A program made the translations under genes and the position numbers. A stretch of DNA of 63,093 nt, filler included, from Choristocarpus tenellus KU-1152 (lineage: Eukaryota > Protista > Phaeophyceae), in the NCBI GenBank assembly GCA_964200185.2. It is 10 parts of 10 records of this genome, joined end to end, with 100 filler letters (N's around TTAATTAATTAA, not from the genome) between each part and the next. Parts side by side here need not be neighbours in the genome. Positions count along the whole stretch, not along the records: positions 60,248 to 63,093 come from CAXNAD020024240.1; 9 more parts are not named here. The stretch is one strand, 5' to 3'. Below the pieces are notes generated by a model. It made no database searches and was not told the origin of the DNA. It was given only the letters and a program-made list of their open reading frames with translations. Below are positions 61,967 to 63,093 of this stretch, in pieces. The stretch's first letter is position 1; the number at the start of each line of letters is the position of its first letter.

Positions 61967-63093
61967 TCTTTTTTTTCATGCACATATTTTTTTTTTTCCT
62001 TGGCGAAGTGTTTTTGATCGTTTGACTTACAATTTCCACCATTTGAAAATAGGATTCCGGTTCTCTAGGCGGTACGGTATGGTGAAGAATGAAACTGTTG
62101 ACGGCACTGCCTAGACGGACGTGTCTAGCGTTTTAAGCTGGAGTCACCAGGGAGATGGGCAAGGAAGGAGGGGTTTGTTGGATTCTTAAGCTGCTTCCCT
62201 AGCTCCTCACTCTGGGGTGCAGGAATAGGTAGATTGGAGGCACAGGAAGGCAGTGGTACAACACAGATAGTGAAATAAACAAAGAGATTAATGTTTTTTG
62301 CTTTTGTGGAAAAAATTTCATCTTCAGGGATATTTTTCTGACATGTGAATATTTATTTTTATAGGTTTTTCCCCCGACACATCTCCGAAATGTCAGAGGG
62401 CATAATAATAAAATATATATATGTCGGTCAAATTCCTTGTCACACTCATTAGTTTTGTGGTAAATACGTAGTGTTACACCACTCTAACCTACGAGTTCTT
62501 ACTCAGCAGCCTCTTTTTTAACATTGGTGATGATTTCCCGGTGTCTTCTCCCCCCTCCCCCCTCCTCTACTTTCTTGACCCTCAGCAGACAATGTAGGTC
62601 CTCCACACAACGACGCAAGGGTCGAGGCTGAAGTTAATGATGACAGCAGCAGGACCAGGGAATGGGGTGGATGGGATTGGGAAGTAAGAGTGGGCTTGCT
62701 GTGTACTTTGGTGGTGATTTTCATGTCATCGGCTGCCTCTGTGGCGATTCACCTCCCTTTGCTCTCTGGTAAGATAGCACCAGACTCCATTGAGGGGAGG
62801 GGGGAGAGGGGGGGGGTTATCATAACACCGGAATTAGGCACGTTGGAATGGGGAGATAGTGCATGTACTTGCATGTGCTCACCCCAAAAATGTTTTGTTG
62901 TTAAGTGTTGTGATACCTACTTGGCTATGATCTGTATCAGCTGGACTCTCATTCCTACTTGAGAATTTTTCGTGTCATATTTTTTTGTTTTTATGGAAAA
63001 GGACTATGAGAATGTACTGCTTGAAGTAGAAGAGAAAGGGGGTGGAATGTCAATAGTTACAGATATCCACGTATCTTTGGGGGGGGGGGAGGG

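Noticed and set aside
62050-62700. Gene start downstream of tRNA-Cys
   Set aside because: There is one exon-like segment (~62586-62683) but no recognisable domain or linkable exons.

Overview
This is eukaryotic, intron-rich, repeat-rich genomic DNA. It is most likely from a stramenopile such as a brown alga or close relative; that is an inference from gene style, TE types and TTAGGG tracts. The window is not one locus: ten short contigs are joined by nine 100-bp artificial spacers (N44-TTAATTAATTAA-N44), so adjacency across spacers is meaningless. By splicing exons by hand I can reconstruct a cyclin Y-like gene (7 exons, -), a RanBP2-zinc-finger/ankyrin gene (-) head-to-head with D-aminoacyl-tRNA deacylase (+), and an intact but strongly divergent histone H3 variant (-) head-to-head with HMG-CoA synthase (+). 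There is also a small multi-TM membrane protein gene (-) and the 3' end of a possible SMCHD1-like hinge/coiled-coil gene (-). RNA genes are three identical tRNA-Ser(GCT) in a tandem array and one tRNA-Cys(GCA). The rest is decayed Tc1/mariner and Ty1/copia sequence, several related MITE families with 4-bp TSDs, a long-TIR element, satellites and microsatellites. The most interesting signals are the atypical H3 variant (K56N, K79R, K115H, rewritten tail), GC-AG donors in 3 of about 16 reconstructed introns, the tRNA-Ser array and the MITE group. No database searches were run; family assignments rest on motif recognition from memory.
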